Of a stretch of DNA of 64,000 nt, positions 52,193-62,516 are shown one piece after another. The DNA is taken from positions 3,104,001 to 3,168,000 of the forward strand of contig OZ244720.1 in NCBI GenBank assembly GCA_965219085.1, read 5' to 3'. A model generated the notes under the pieces. That model did not search any database and was not told where the DNA came from. It saw nothing but the letters and a program-made list of their open reading frames with translations. The translations under genes and the position numbers were made by a program. Source of the stretch: Dehalococcoidia bacterium (lineage in GTDB: Bacteria > Chloroflexota > Dehalococcoidia > UBA2979). The number at the start of each line of letters is the position of its first letter. Position 1 is the first letter of the stretch.

Positions 52193-52356
52193 CGGCGCCT
52201 CCGCGGGCAGTCTAGCGCGGACCGGCGCGCGGGGTCAGCGGCGTGGTGGCCCCGGTGCGTGGTACGTTGCCGCCGCCAGCCTGTCTGGCACTCCCGCCCT
52301 GGTGTGCGCCGAGGCCGCCGGCCGGGACACGGCGGCTGCTTTGAACGGAGGACGAG

Positions 52357-53769
52357 ATGAGCGGCACGCCCAGCTTCCTCTCCAGCGTGATGGAGCAGTT
52401 CGACCGGGCCGCCGCCTACTCGAACCTGCCGCCGGGCCTGATCGACCAGGTTCGCTCGTGCAACGCCGTCTACCACGTGCGCTTCCCGGTCGAACTCGAG
52501 GACGGCACCATCGAGGTCATCGAGGCGTACCGGGCGGAGCACAGTCACCACCGGCTGCCCACGAAGGGCGGCCTCCGCGTCAGCCCCGACATCAGCGAGG
52601 ACGAAGTGACGGCGCTCGCGGCGCTGATGACCTTCAAGTGCGCCGTGGTCGAGGTCCCCTTCGGCGGCGCCAAGGGCGGCATTCGCTTCGACCCGAACGC
52701 GCCGGAGGCCGTGCGCCGACGCGTGATCCGTCGCTACACCGCCGAGCTGATCGCGAAGAACTTCGTGGGTCCCGGCGTCGACGTGCCCGCGCCGGACTAT
52801 GGCACGGGCGAGCAGGAGATGGCGTGGATCGCCGACACCTACCGCGCGCTCCGCGGCGCGGACCTCGATGCCTGGGGTTGCGTCACCGGCAAGCCCGTCA
52901 CGCTCCACGGCATTCCCGGACGCGTCGAGGCAACCGGCCTCGGCGTCTACTACGGCATCTCCGAGGTGGTGGCCGACGCCGACGAGATGGCGAAGCTGGG
53001 CCTGACGCCCGGCACCGCGGGCAAGCGGGTCATCGTGCAGGGGCTGGGTAACGTGGGCTCGCACGCCGCACGCTGCCTACAGGACCAGGGCGGCGCGAGC
53101 ATCGTCGGCGTCGCGGAGATCGACGGCGGCATCTACAACCCGGACGGCCTCGACATCGAAGCTGTGCTGGCCCACCGCGGCGAGCGCGGCTCGATCCTCG
53201 ACTTCCCCGGCGCGACCAATATGTCGACGTGGCAGGACACGATCGAGATGGACTGCGACATCCTCGTGCCCGCCGCGGTCGAAGGCGCCATCACCGCGGA
53301 GAACGCGTCCCGCATCAAGGCGCGCATCATCGCCGAGGCGGCGAACGGTCCCGTCTACTCCGACGCCGAGCCGATCCTCGCCGAGATGGGCACGCTGCTC
53401 ATCCCGGATGTCTGGCTCAACGCAGGCGGCGTCACGGTCTCCTACTTCGAGTGGCTGAAGAACCTCTCCCACGTCAGCTTCGACCGCATGTACAAGCGCT
53501 ACGAGGAGATCTCGACGCGTCGCCAGTTGGAGGCGACCGAGCGGCTCGCCGGCATGGAGTTCCCGCCCGACGAGATGAGGATCCTCACCCGCGGCCCGTC
53601 GGAGATCGACTTCGTCCGCTCCGCCCTCCAGGAGACGATGAGCGAGTCGTACCGGCAGATCTACGAGAAGTGGCGGTCCGAGGACTTGCCCGACCTGCGC
53701 ACCGCCGCGTTCCTGATCGCGATCGAACGCGTAGCGGCGAACTACGTCGCGCTCGGCATCTTCCCCTGA
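52357..53769 (+). CDS. gdhA: Glu/Leu/Phe/Val dehydrogenase (glutamate dehydrogenase)
   Basis: PTKGG, MTFK, PFGGAKGG, DVPAPD, GLGNVG, EAANGP, NAGGVTVSYFEW. Confidence 0.92.
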   Translation: MSGTPSFLSSVMEQFDRAAAYSNLPPGLIDQVRSCNAVYHVRFPVELEDGTIEVIEAYRAEHSHHRLPTKGGLRVSPDISEDEVTALAALMTFKCAVVEVPFGGAKGGIRFDPNAPEAVRRRVIRRYTAELIAKNFVGPGVDVPAPDYGTGEQEMAWIADTYRALRGADLDAWGCVTGKPVTLHGIPGRVEATGLGVYYGISEVVADADEMAKLGLTPGTAGKRVIVQGLGNVGSHAARCLQDQGGASIVGVAEIDGGIYNPDGLDIEAVLAHRGERGSILDFPGATNMSTWQDTIEMDCDILVPAAVEGAITAENASRIKARIIAEAANGPVYSDAEPILAEMGTLLIPDVWLNAGGVTVSYFEWLKNLSHVSFDRMYKRYEEISTRRQLEATERLAGMEFPPDEMRILTRGPSEIDFVRSALQETMSESYRQIYEKWRSEDLPDLRTAAFLIAIERVAANYVALGIFP

Positions 53770-55565
53770 TCGGGTTCCCCTGATTGGGAAGCAAATGGCG
53801 TCGGCAATCCCTGCGGCTGTTCGTCGACGGCCTCGATCCACTCGCCGGTTGCCCCGGTGAAGTCGCCGACGGTCGACGAAGCGAGCGCTCCGCTGATCCC
53901 GGAACGAATCGCGGCCGCGTCGAGACCCAGCAGGCGCAGCACCCACGCGGACATCTCCGTGCCGCCCTCGAGCTCCTCGCAGACGACCTGGGCGGCGCCC
54001 AGCGCCAAGAGCCCGTCGCGCTCGGCGACGTATCGGGTCCGGACGAGGATCGGCACGTTCGGCCACTCCGCGTGCGCCGTGGCGATCGCGCGGCGCGCGG
54101 CAGGTGGGTCGCTGATCAGCAACACGAGCACGCGTGCGTGGCCGAGGCGCGCGTGCGCAAGCGCCTCCGGACTGGTGACGTCGCCGTAGTACACGTGCGC
54201 GTACTCGCGGCGAGCCTCGCGCACGGTCTCGGCGTTGAGTTCGAGGATCACGTAGGGGATCTGCGCCTGCGCGAGCGTCCGGGCGAGCAGCCGCCCGGCC
54301 ACCCCATAGCCCGCAATCACCACGTGGTCCGTCAGGAACGCGTCCTGCGCGGTGGGCTCATCGATACCACGGGCGCGGAGCAACCGCTCCAGGGGCCGCA
54401 GCAGCGCCTCACCGGCGTGCAGCCCGCCGGTCCAGTGCATCAGCGCCCGCGACAGCACGATGCTCAGCACGCCGGTGGTGACGACGAGGCGGAGCTCGGA
54501 GGAGGTGATGAGGCCCTCGCTCGCGCCGAGCAGGAGCACCACGTAGCCGAACTCACCGAACTGTGCGAGGTACACGCCGGAGCGCCACGCGACGCTCGCC
54601 GGGTTGCGCATCGCCAGTGCCGCCAGCGAGGCGACAAAGGCCTTGCCGAGCACGAGGCCGGCCACGATCAGCACGGCGAGCACCGGCTCGTCGGTGAAGA
54701 CCCGCCAGTCCACGAGCATCCCGAGCGAGATGAAGAAGAAGCTTGTGAACGCGTCGCGCAGCGGGATGATGTCGCTCGTCGCGCGGTGGCTGTAGTCGGT
54801 GTCGGCGAGGAGGACGCCCGCGAGGAACGCGCCGAGGGCGAACGAGAGCCCGATCTGGTTCATGAGCCACGCCGAACCCAGGGCGATGGAAATCACGGTC
54901 AGCAGGAACACCTCGCGCGTGCGAGTGGTGTCCACGGCGTTGAACAGCCGCGGGACCAGGAACCGGGCCACGAAGAGCACAGCGCCAATCGCCAGCGTGG
55001 CGCGCGCCAGCGCCCACGCGACCTCGAACATGAAGCCGCTGCTGTCACCACTGGCGAGTACCGGCACGAGCAGCGTGAGCGGAACCACGAGCAGGTCCTG
55101 GAAGATCAATGCGCCCACGATGAACCGACCGTGTGGCGCATCGATCTCGCCTCGGACATCGAGCACGCGCAGCACCACGACCGTGCTCGACAGCGCCACG
55201 ACGAGCCCGAAGACGATCCCGCGCTCCACCGTGTCGCCCATCACCACGAGGATGGCGAGCGCGGCGAGGGTCGTCACGCCTACTTGCAGGGAGCCGCCGA
55301 TGGCGACTGCCCTCCAGATGAATCGCAGGCGCGAGAGCGAGAACTCGAGCCCGATGGCGAAGAGCAGCAGGATGACGCCGATCTCGGCGATCTGCGTGAT
55401 GTGCTCGGTGTCCCCGACGAGCCCGAGGCCGTGTGGTCCAGCCAGGGCGCCGGTGATGAGGAACCCGATGGTCGAGGGCAGGCCGAAGCGGTGCAGACCG
55501 ACGGTGGTCGCCACGGCTAGCGCGCCAATGACGGCCAGCTCGCCGAAGAGCTCTTGTTCCGCCAC
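53742..55565 (-). CDS. CPA2 cation:proton antiporter with TrkA-N domain (Kef-like)
   Basis: LLFAIGLE, LSSTVVV, FQD, QFGEF, GYGVAG. Confidence 0.9.
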   Translation of the reverse strand: MAEQELFGELAVIGALAVATTVGLHRFGLPSTIGFLITGALAGPHGLGLVGDTEHITQIAEIGVILLLFAIGLEFSLSRLRFIWRAVAIGGSLQVGVTTLAALAILVVMGDTVERGIVFGLVVALSSTVVVLRVLDVRGEIDAPHGRFIVGALIFQDLLVVPLTLLVPVLASGDSSGFMFEVAWALARATLAIGAVLFVARFLVPRLFNAVDTTRTREVFLLTVISIALGSAWLMNQIGLSFALGAFLAGVLLADTDYSHRATSDIIPLRDAFTSFFFISLGMLVDWRVFTDEPVLAVLIVAGLVLGKAFVASLAALAMRNPASVAWRSGVYLAQFGEFGYVVLLLGASEGLITSSELRLVVTTGVLSIVLSRALMHWTGGLHAGEALLRPLERLLRARGIDEPTAQDAFLTDHVVIAGYGVAGRLLARTLAQAQIPYVILELNAETVREARREYAHVYYGDVTSPEALAHARLGHARVLVLLISDPPAARRAIATAHAEWPNVPILVRTRYVAERDGLLALGAAQVVCEELEGGTEMSAWVLRLLGLDAAAIRSGISGALASSTVGDFTGATGEWIEAVDEQPQGLPTPFASQSGEPDQGKMPSAT

Positions 55566-55678
55566 GGCGCGCCCCCGGCCGATGAACCCCCGCTCGCGCA
55601 GGCCCCGTGCTGGTTGAGGTTACGTCTACCGGCGCGGCACGGTCAGCGCCGGCAGACGGCCGGCCGGGGCGCTCTCGC

Positions 55679-56821
55679 CTAGCCGCACCCCGATTCGTAG
55701 AGCGCGCGCTCGAGTGCGGCGACTTCGTCGTTGAGCCGGTGCTCGCGTGCGGGCAGCGCGATGCCCACGTCGCCCTCCGACAGCGCCTGGATGCGGGCGA
55801 GCTGGCTGCGAGCTGTGTCGGCGGCGTGGCGCAGCCGCGTGCAGTACTCGTCCCGGGCGGCCGGGTTGTCGGACGGCGCCTGGTACGCGATGACGTGATC
55901 GACCGGGATGTCCAGCCGGCGCTCCACCTGGTGCGCGGTGTCCATGCGGACCCAGCGCGACATCCCCGGCGGGAATGTGCACAGGATCACCGTGTCGTAC
56001 ACGTCCGGGTGCTCGTGCAGTTCATCCTCGATGGCGAGCAGCGGCGTCGGGTCGCCCACCTTTGCGGTGGCGAGTTCGATGCCGGCGTCGCGCAGCACGG
56101 CCCGCGTCTCGACAACCGCGGACTCCGCACTCGCCACGTCGTCGCTCGAGTCGCCGAGCAAGCCCGAGGAGTGCGTCGCGGGAATCAGCAGCGTGAACGT
56201 CGCACGCGTGTCGTTCATGGCGATGTCCGCGAGGTGGTCACGCAGCTCAATGCTGCGGGCGGTGTCGTGCGCAACGACCAGGTAGTGGGCGCCGGGCTGC
56301 ATCACGGAGCCCTGGTGGACGACGAAGACCGGGATGCGCGCGTGGCGAATCACCTCCTCGGCGACGCTGCCCTCGAGGACACGGCGCAGGCCGCGACGGC
56401 CGTGCGTGCCGATCGCGATCATGTCCGCGCCGTAGTCCGCGGCGGCGTCCAGGATCGCCTCCGGCACGTCCTCGGAACCCTCGACGGCGACGTTGAAGTC
56501 CCCGCTGAGATGCCGGTTGCCGAGCACCTGGAGCGACACTATCCGCTCGTTGCGGATGCGTTCGATCATCTGCGAGCGGTCCTCGTTGCGGTGCTGTCCT
56601 TCGTCGTAGTCCACGGGCGCACGGGCCCAGCTGTCGGAGGTCACGACCGGGTCGCCAACGACCAGGTCCTGGGGATGCTGTGGCGCCTCGGGGTGAGTGC
56701 GCTTCGAGTCCCACACCATCATCAGGCGCGCCTCGGCGCCCGCGGCGGATAGCCACGGGGCGAGCGCCTCGACGACCTCGTCGGCAAGTTCGCTGTCGTC
56801 CAGCGCAGCCAGCACACGCAT
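55679..56821 (-). CDS. Universal stress protein-domain protein
   Basis: GTHGRRG..GSVAEEV; second USP-like domain (SRWVRMD). Confidence 0.8.
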   Translation of the reverse strand: MRVLAALDDSELADEVVEALAPWLSAAGAEARLMMVWDSKRTHPEAPQHPQDLVVGDPVVTSDSWARAPVDYDEGQHRNEDRSQMIERIRNERIVSLQVLGNRHLSGDFNVAVEGSEDVPEAILDAAADYGADMIAIGTHGRRGLRRVLEGSVAEEVIRHARIPVFVVHQGSVMQPGAHYLVVAHDTARSIELRDHLADIAMNDTRATFTLLIPATHSSGLLGDSSDDVASAESAVVETRAVLRDAGIELATAKVGDPTPLLAIEDELHEHPDVYDTVILCTFPPGMSRWVRMDTAHQVERRLDIPVDHVIAYQAPSDNPAARDEYCTRLRHAADTARSQLARIQALSEGDVGIALPAREHRLNDEVAALERALYESGCG

Positions 56822-56837
56822 TGGTGGCTCCCCTCAT

Positions 56838-56887
56838 CTTCAGTCAGGCTTCCGGCCATCCGCTTCAGTCAGGCTTCCGGCCATCCG
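56838..56887. repeat. Perfect 25-bp tandem duplication
   Basis: CTTCAGTCAGGCTTCCGGCCATCCG x2. Confidence 0.9.
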
Positions 56888-57090
56888 CCGGTGGTTCCAT
56901 GGTACAGACTGCCCGCGTATCGAGGCAGATCCACATTCGCGATTGCTCCACCGTGGCCCGCGGAGCCGCTGCCGCCGTGAGGCATGCCGTCGCGCGCTCT
57001 CGGCCGGCTGCAACGGCTCTCGCTGTGCGGGGCTACGTCTCGGCGGGACCCGGCCGCAAGGATCACCTTCGCTGCGCCGATGTACCTCCC

Positions 57091-58266
57091 GTGACGCTCA
57101 CAGCCGCTGTGCTCATCGTTCTGGGCCTGCCCTCAGCACAGCCTGCGCTCGCGTGCGGTGGCTTCTTCTGTACGAACAGTCCCGTCGATCAGAACGCGGC
57201 GCATCATCTTCGCGCAGAACGACGATGGAACCGTGTCAGCGTACGTGCAGATCGAGTACACGGGCTCGGCGCCGGACTTCTCATGGATACTGCCGCTGCC
57301 CGAGGCCATCGGCGTCGAGGACGTCGAGGCGCCCGAGGCCGCCATGGCGGCCTTCCGGGAGCTCGAGATCGCCACCGTCCCGGTGTTCAGGCTGCCTCCC
57401 GAACCTGAGTGCGTACGATCGAGACTGATGATGACCACCACCTCATCCTTCAGCTCCGTGGATGTCGTGGCGAGCGGTGAGGTGGGGCCCTACGGATTCG
57501 ATGTGGTTCACTCGGACGATCCGGACGCCCTGGTCGGGTGGCTCCGCGAGTACAACTATCGCGTCACCGCGGAGATGGAGCCGCTCATCGACCTGTACGT
57601 AGACGACGGATTCGTACTCCTTGCCATGAAGTTGCGCCCCGGCCAGGGGGTTCAGGACGCGGCGCCGGTCAAGGTCACGTACCCCTCGAGTGCGCCGATG
57701 ATCCCGCTGCGCCTGACTGCCGTGGCGGCCAATCCAGACATGGCGGTCATGGTCTGGATCTATGCCGACGCACAGGCGACCCCGATCAACTACGACAGCA
57801 TGGAAATCCCGAGTGAAGATCTCGTCTTCTCCCCCTTCGGCGGGAGTGGGAACTATCGACAGCTGATGGCGGTGCGGCCGATGAGGATGGAGGCCAGGCT
57901 TTCATTACCGAGTACGCGGGACCGACGACCGACCTCGCAGTGACGCATCCCCTGCTCCGATCCCTGGGCGATCGCTTCAGCTGCGTGACGCGCCTCAACA
58001 CGGTGATCTCGCCCGAGGAGATGACCGTCGATCCGGTCTTCGGCTACGACCGCGACCTCGACGACGTATCCAACGTGCGCAACCTGGGAGAGATGCGAGG
58101 CGTGTACGGCTGCGAGGACCAGAGGTCCGGCAGGCTCGCGGAGCGCCCGGCGATGATCGCGGAGGCAGGCTTCTGGGGAGTTACGGTCGTCGCGGTGCTG
58201 CTGATCCTGGTGGCGGCGTCCGTGGTGTGGCGCCGCAGCGCCGCCCGGCGGCGCCGTGATTCCTGA
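57091..58266 (+). pseudogene. DUF2330-family membrane-anchored protein with two frameshifts
   Basis: ACGGFFC, FSWILP, MIPLRLTAVAA, TRLNT.ISPEEMTVDP, C-terminal TM across three ORFs. Confidence 0.75.
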
Positions 58267-58374
58267 GTCAGGTCGCCGCACGGATGGAGCGCCGCAACCG
58301 GCCGAACGAGCGCGGCGCAACGCCCCCTGCGTTGCCGTCGGCGCGACCGCGCCCGTACTATTGGTGACGGTCCG

Positions 58375-58449
58375 GCGGAAGTAGCTCAGTGGTAGAGCGC
58401 CTCCTTGCCAAGGAGGAGGTCGCGGGTTCGACCCCCGTCTTCCGCTCCA
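58375..58449 (+). tRNA. tRNA-Gly(GCC)
   Basis: GCGGAAG/CTTCCGC acceptor stem, CTCCT-TGCCAA-GGAG anticodon arm, GGTTCGA, CCA. Confidence 0.97.
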
Positions 58450-58523
58450 CTCCACCATCCCCCGAGTACGCGTCGACGCGCCCGCTTGAGGGCGGCGCGC
58501 GGTCGCGCGATGCTGTGAGCCGG

Positions 58524-58612
58524 GCCGAAGTGGCGGAATGGGTAGACGCGACGGTCTCAAACACCGTTGGGGTTAATGCCCCGTGTGGGTTCGAGTCCCA
58601 CCTTCGGCACCA
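58524..58612 (+). tRNA. tRNA-Leu(CAA)
   Basis: GCCGAAG/CTTCGGC acceptor stem, ACGGT-CTCAAAC-ACCGT, long variable arm, GGTTCGAG, CCA. Confidence 0.95.
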
Positions 58613-58672
58613 GTGTTCTCAACGGTTTCCCGGAATCGGGCCTCGGCGAATTGTACTCACCAGGGTGATCAG

Positions 58673-58694
58673 TTGTGGCCATCTTGTGGCCATC
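58673..58694. repeat. 11-bp tandem repeat, possible integrase arm-type sites
   Basis: TTGTGGCCATC x2, 60 nt after the tRNA-Leu 3' end. Confidence 0.55.
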
Positions 58695-58798
58695 GTTGGA
58701 TCGCACGGCGCGCGCGGCCGTGCGAACTGCGGGATCTCACCCGCGCGATCGGCTCCGCGGGGTCACGCTTCTGTCGGATCGCCGTCGCTTCTCGCGGC

Positions 58799-59788
58799 TC
58801 ATTCTCGGCCTTGCGAGACCCGCGCCCTGTAGGCACGCTGCTTCTCGGCATTCAGGCACTGTTTGCTGCAGAACCGGGTGTTCACTCGGACGGCTCGGAA
58901 CATCCTTTTGCAGGAGGCGCGCTCACAGAGTCGGAAGTCGTGCCCTGCCGCAAGGTCGTTAGCAGCCATGATGGCGAGGCCAGCGAGCGCAGAGGGCGCC
59001 GACCATCGAAGCGAGGCCCGTCTCCCGTCGCTGCTCGGCGACAAGGCCTGCCGAGCGGGGGCCTGGAGGTGATTGAGCGGCACGAAGGCCCGGACCTGCT
59101 CCTCGACCGACCGGCCCGACTCGATGCCCCACTTCGCCGAGTGGAGGGCCGTGCGGAACGCTAACGCCGCAGCCATGAAGTCAGGTACGCATTCGCGATA
59201 TGACGCACGAAACTCAGCCCTGCCGGGCTCGGGCCATTCCCTCTCGAGCATCACCGAGGCCTCAGGGTCCAGTGGTTTTTGTGAGACGCGGAGATGCGGA
59301 TCCCACTAATGTAGGTCGCGCCACAGGCGCGGGAAGAATCTCCACCACGTTTGCGTCATGGTCTCACGGCTCAGTCTGTCGTCCCACCCTATCGTCGAAT
59401 CGAGCTTGCGTAGCAAGACATGCGGCTTCGAACTAGAAGTCTGCGCGAGCCATCCGTCGCCGGCCCACCGATAGAGCGTCCCCTGCGGCAGCGTGACCTC
59501 AGCGGTACGTTGCAGGAGTACCCCCGTCGGTCCGTAGCGATCTGACCACTCGATGATACGCTTAGCTTCGAGGGCAGTGGGCGGCGTGAATTCGCTCTCA
59601 CGGTCGGGATCAGGGACGTCCGCGATGTCGACGTATGCCGGATTCCGCGTGCGGCTCTTCGCGCCGTCCGGGTCCTCCCTCCACAGGTCGAACCGCAAGG
59701 GGGCCTGTCCTTCGCTTACTGGCACCACATAGCCGTCACGGATCGTGTACTGATCGAACCGCCACCACGGGAAAGCGTGTAGATCCAT
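58799..59788 (-). pseudogene. CGNR zinc-finger-like protein split into two ORFs
   Basis: C-terminal CERASC..F..RFCSKQC..KQRAYR; upstream half in another frame. Confidence 0.6.
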
Positions 59789-59801
59789 ACGTTACCCTAT
59801 C

Positions 59802-59820
59802 GTTACTCTGTAAGAGTAAC
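59802..59820. promoter_or_regulatory. Palindrome in divergent promoter region
   Basis: GTTACTCT-GTA-AGAGTAAC. Confidence 0.55.
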
Positions 59821-59891
59821 GCAGGCGAGCCTACTCTGCAGGCGTAGCAGGCCTTCACCCGAGGGCCGCCGCAGTCCGAATCGAGAAGACA

Positions 59892-60305
59892 ATGTCGCTC
59901 ACCCCGGAGCCGAGTGACGCGAATGCCACCAGCATTCGTGTTGGCATCTACGTCGACGGCCCCAATCTCTACGGAGGCGCGCGGCGCCTCACTGGTGATG
60001 GCCGTCTCGAGATCCCTGCCCTGGTGCGGTCGATCGCGAGAGGCCGGGAGATTACGGACATGTGCTTCTGGACCGGGGTCCTGAACCAGGCTCAGGGACC
60101 AGAAGCCTACGCGAAGCAACGGCGCTTCTTTGCCAACATCGAACGCCGAGTTCCCAACGGGAGGATCGGGCGCGCTACGATTCGGGACCGCGGCACTCGA
60201 CAAGTAGAGAAGGGTGTCGATGTTGGGATCGCACTCGACCTCGTCATGGGCGCCTACGAGGATAGGTGGGATGTCGTCCAAGTCGCGATGTATCTGAGCA
60301 CTTGA
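59892..60305 (+). pseudogene. NYN/LabA (PIN-like) domain protein, C-terminally truncated
   Basis: IYVDGPNLY, EKGVDVGIALD; lacks the SGDxD motif. Confidence 0.75.
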
Positions 60306-60339
60306 CCTGGTGTATGACGAGGTTGCCCGATACCGCTAG

Positions 60340-61135
60340 GGATGGTCTGATCAGGTGGCGTGTCGGGCGCGGTGGGTATCGATCAGCGGGCCGAGCCGCG
60401 CTGTGGGGGCCCGATACCGCGGTCCATGGGTGGTCTCGCCTCCATGTCGCTCCGGAAGCGCTCCGGCGGGCGATTCGGGACGCACGGCTCCCGCGATCAC
60501 GCGAGCTGAGGCTCAGCTCGCAACAGGTTCGTGAAACCGAGCAGCAGCATGAGACGCTGGCGGTTCTTCTCAAGACCCCGGTAGCGCACCTGCGCGTACC
60601 CGAAGTGCCGCTTCACGTAGAGAAACGGATGCTCAGCCTTGGCGCGCACCGAGGCCTTGCGCCGCTCCGCCTGCGCCTCCTCGCCCCCCGGCGCCAGCTG
60701 CCGCCTGAGACCCGGGCGCAGCGCCACCTGCCAGCAGGTGGCGGAAGTTGAGGATCGTCGTCTCATCGGGGATCGGCTCGGAGAGGCTGAGACCGGCGAA
60801 CTCGAGCATCGAGCGGGAGTCGTAGAGTTCCTGCTCCATGCCGGGGTCGCTGAGGTTGAACCAGAGCTGCAGGCAGTGGATGCGCAGCATCACGCGCAGC
60901 GCGTAGGGGCGGCGTCCGCGGCCGCGCTTCGGGTAGACGGGCGCGATGCGCTGCTCCAGCTCAGCCCAGGGGACGAGCCTGTCCATGCGCTCGAGGAACG
61001 TCTGCCGCCTCGTCTTGACCTTCTTGTGCTCGTACTCGACGCTGCCGAACGAACGCTGCTGCATGGGGCGCCCCTCTCCGGGTCGCCCCATGATCGCATC
61101 TGCTCACCCGCTCAGGCGAGTTGTTCAGACCATCC
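60340..61135 (-). mobile_element. IS5-family element, copy 2, with 380-bp internal deletion
   Basis: Both TIRs (GGATGGTCTGA[T/A]CA), flanks CTAG/CTAA; near-identical to copy 1 outside the deletion. Confidence 0.9.
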
Positions 61136-61345
61136 CTAAACCTGAGCACGCAGCCTGGTAGAGTGCTGAAAGTTTCTGGCACCGAAGGCCGTAGTTGTCT
61201 GGTCCAGGGCGATCTGGCCACGCCCTATGGTTCGTCGATGGTTGTCCGCTGCCACGGCGGCCTCGCGCAGCACGAGCGCGGGCAACTCCGGGATCGCTAC
61301 AGCGACGGCTGACTCGGCGTGGATATCTAGCGACGAGCGCGCGTC

Positions 61346-61410
61346 TGTAGTCAGTGTCGACGTGCAGCGATTCTGTCAGTCCAACGGAGCAGCGACTTTG
61401 TCAGTACCGC
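61346..61410 (+). mobile_element. Orphan transposon-like end with periodic binding sites
   Basis: TGT start; GTCAGT at 61350, 61375 and 61400; GCAGCGA in the first two units. Confidence 0.55.
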
Positions 61411-61419
61411 GCTGGCCGC

Positions 61420-61804
61420 CGGAGGGTGCCGACCAGGACGCTCAGGCGGCGCTACTTCGCTCTCGCCGGACGGCTCACCCACTCGGCACGGCGCTGGACC
61501 CTGCACCTCCCGAAGCGCTGGCCCTCGGCCGGGCAGCTGGCAGCCGCGCTCGCGCGACTACGGGCGATACCACTCCCGGCCTGACGCGCTCACAGCGCCG
61601 GCCCGGGTCCGAGCCTCGCGCCAGCATGCCGCGCACGCCTCGCGCTCCCCAGCTCCCGCGCCCTCAGCGCCCCCGAGCTACGCTGAGCGACGGCTCATGG
61701 CTCCGGCCCGCCCCTGGCACCGCCCGGCGAACGCCGGCACGCCCGCCGAACTCTCCGGCAGCCCGGCACCCCGTCCCCTCAAGCTTCGATCGGTGGATCC
61801 GAGA
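61420..61804 (+). mobile_element. IS1380-family 3' remnant
   Basis: TLRRRYF.LAGRLTHSARRWTLHLPKRWP C-terminus; CGGTGGATCCGAG end-like motif. Confidence 0.7.
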
Positions 61805-61838
61805 TAAGGACGGTGCACTGTGACACCACCTTGCGCGA

Positions 61839-62320
61839 GTGCGCCCTGAAGTCGAAGGACGGTGCGGGATGACCTGAGTCGTCTGGAGGCATGCTCGTCG
61901 TCGCCAGCCGGTGCAAGTCCGGTCCGGGTAACTGCCAGGAGGCCCGGTAGCAGATCGGCGGCTCGGACCGGAAACGGTCCGGGTCGAAGCCCGATGTCGA
62001 AAGCCCTTGTAGGGGGAGCGACCACACGGTCCGCAGCATGAAGCGAAGCCTGCCGCGTCGTTAGGGTGCCCGCCGTAGCGCGGGGAAGAGGAGGAGCCGA
62101 GCCCAGTCCCTCGGGGTGAAGGCCATGGAAGGGGTGAAGCACCTGGAAGCAACCCCGAAGAACCTCCCGGCGTAGGGGGCGTGGAACGTGTGGAAGGTGG
62201 CGACGGGAACAGGGGAGGCCCTCCCCGGCCCGGCACGACTGCGGAGTGGTGCTGGAGCGGGGCGTCCTATAACCGGTGAGTAGCCGGGAAGTGGGCGGCC
62301 AGCCGGGAGGGAGTCGTACC
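61839..62320 (+). ncRNA. Group II intron 5' fragment (domain I to about domain II), no RT
   Basis: GTGCG start, CCGGTGCAAGTCCGG, GCCGAG..GAAGGC d3-like stem-loop, GGGAACAGGGGAGGCCC; breaks off after GGGAGTCG. Confidence 0.75.
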
Positions 62321-62516
62321 GCGCCAATCCCTTACCCGACCGTGACCCCGGACGGGGTACGACCTCGCAACGAGGCGGCACGACCGGCAGGTGGAACCTC
62401 TGGGTCTGACCGGGTAGCGTGCTACGGAGCTACGCCGACCTCCCCGAGCAGCCCCAGCACCTTCTGCCCACTCACAGCGCGAACCACCCTCTCACTCCGG
62501 GCCTGGATCCGTGCCC

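Noticed and set aside
2587-61135. 58.5-kb composite transposon bounded by the inverted IS5 copies
   Set aside because: Outer flanks differ (CTAG vs CTAA), and the enclosed DNA includes core genes (rarA, tRNAs); independent insertions are simpler.
61350-61410. Periodic repeats here, at 37638 or at 56838 as CRISPR arrays
   Set aside because: Only 2-3 units, no spacer-sized unique intervals, and no cas genes.
61664-62381. Minus-strand ORFs over the second intron
   Set aside because: Antisense translation of structured intron RNA with no protein motifs.
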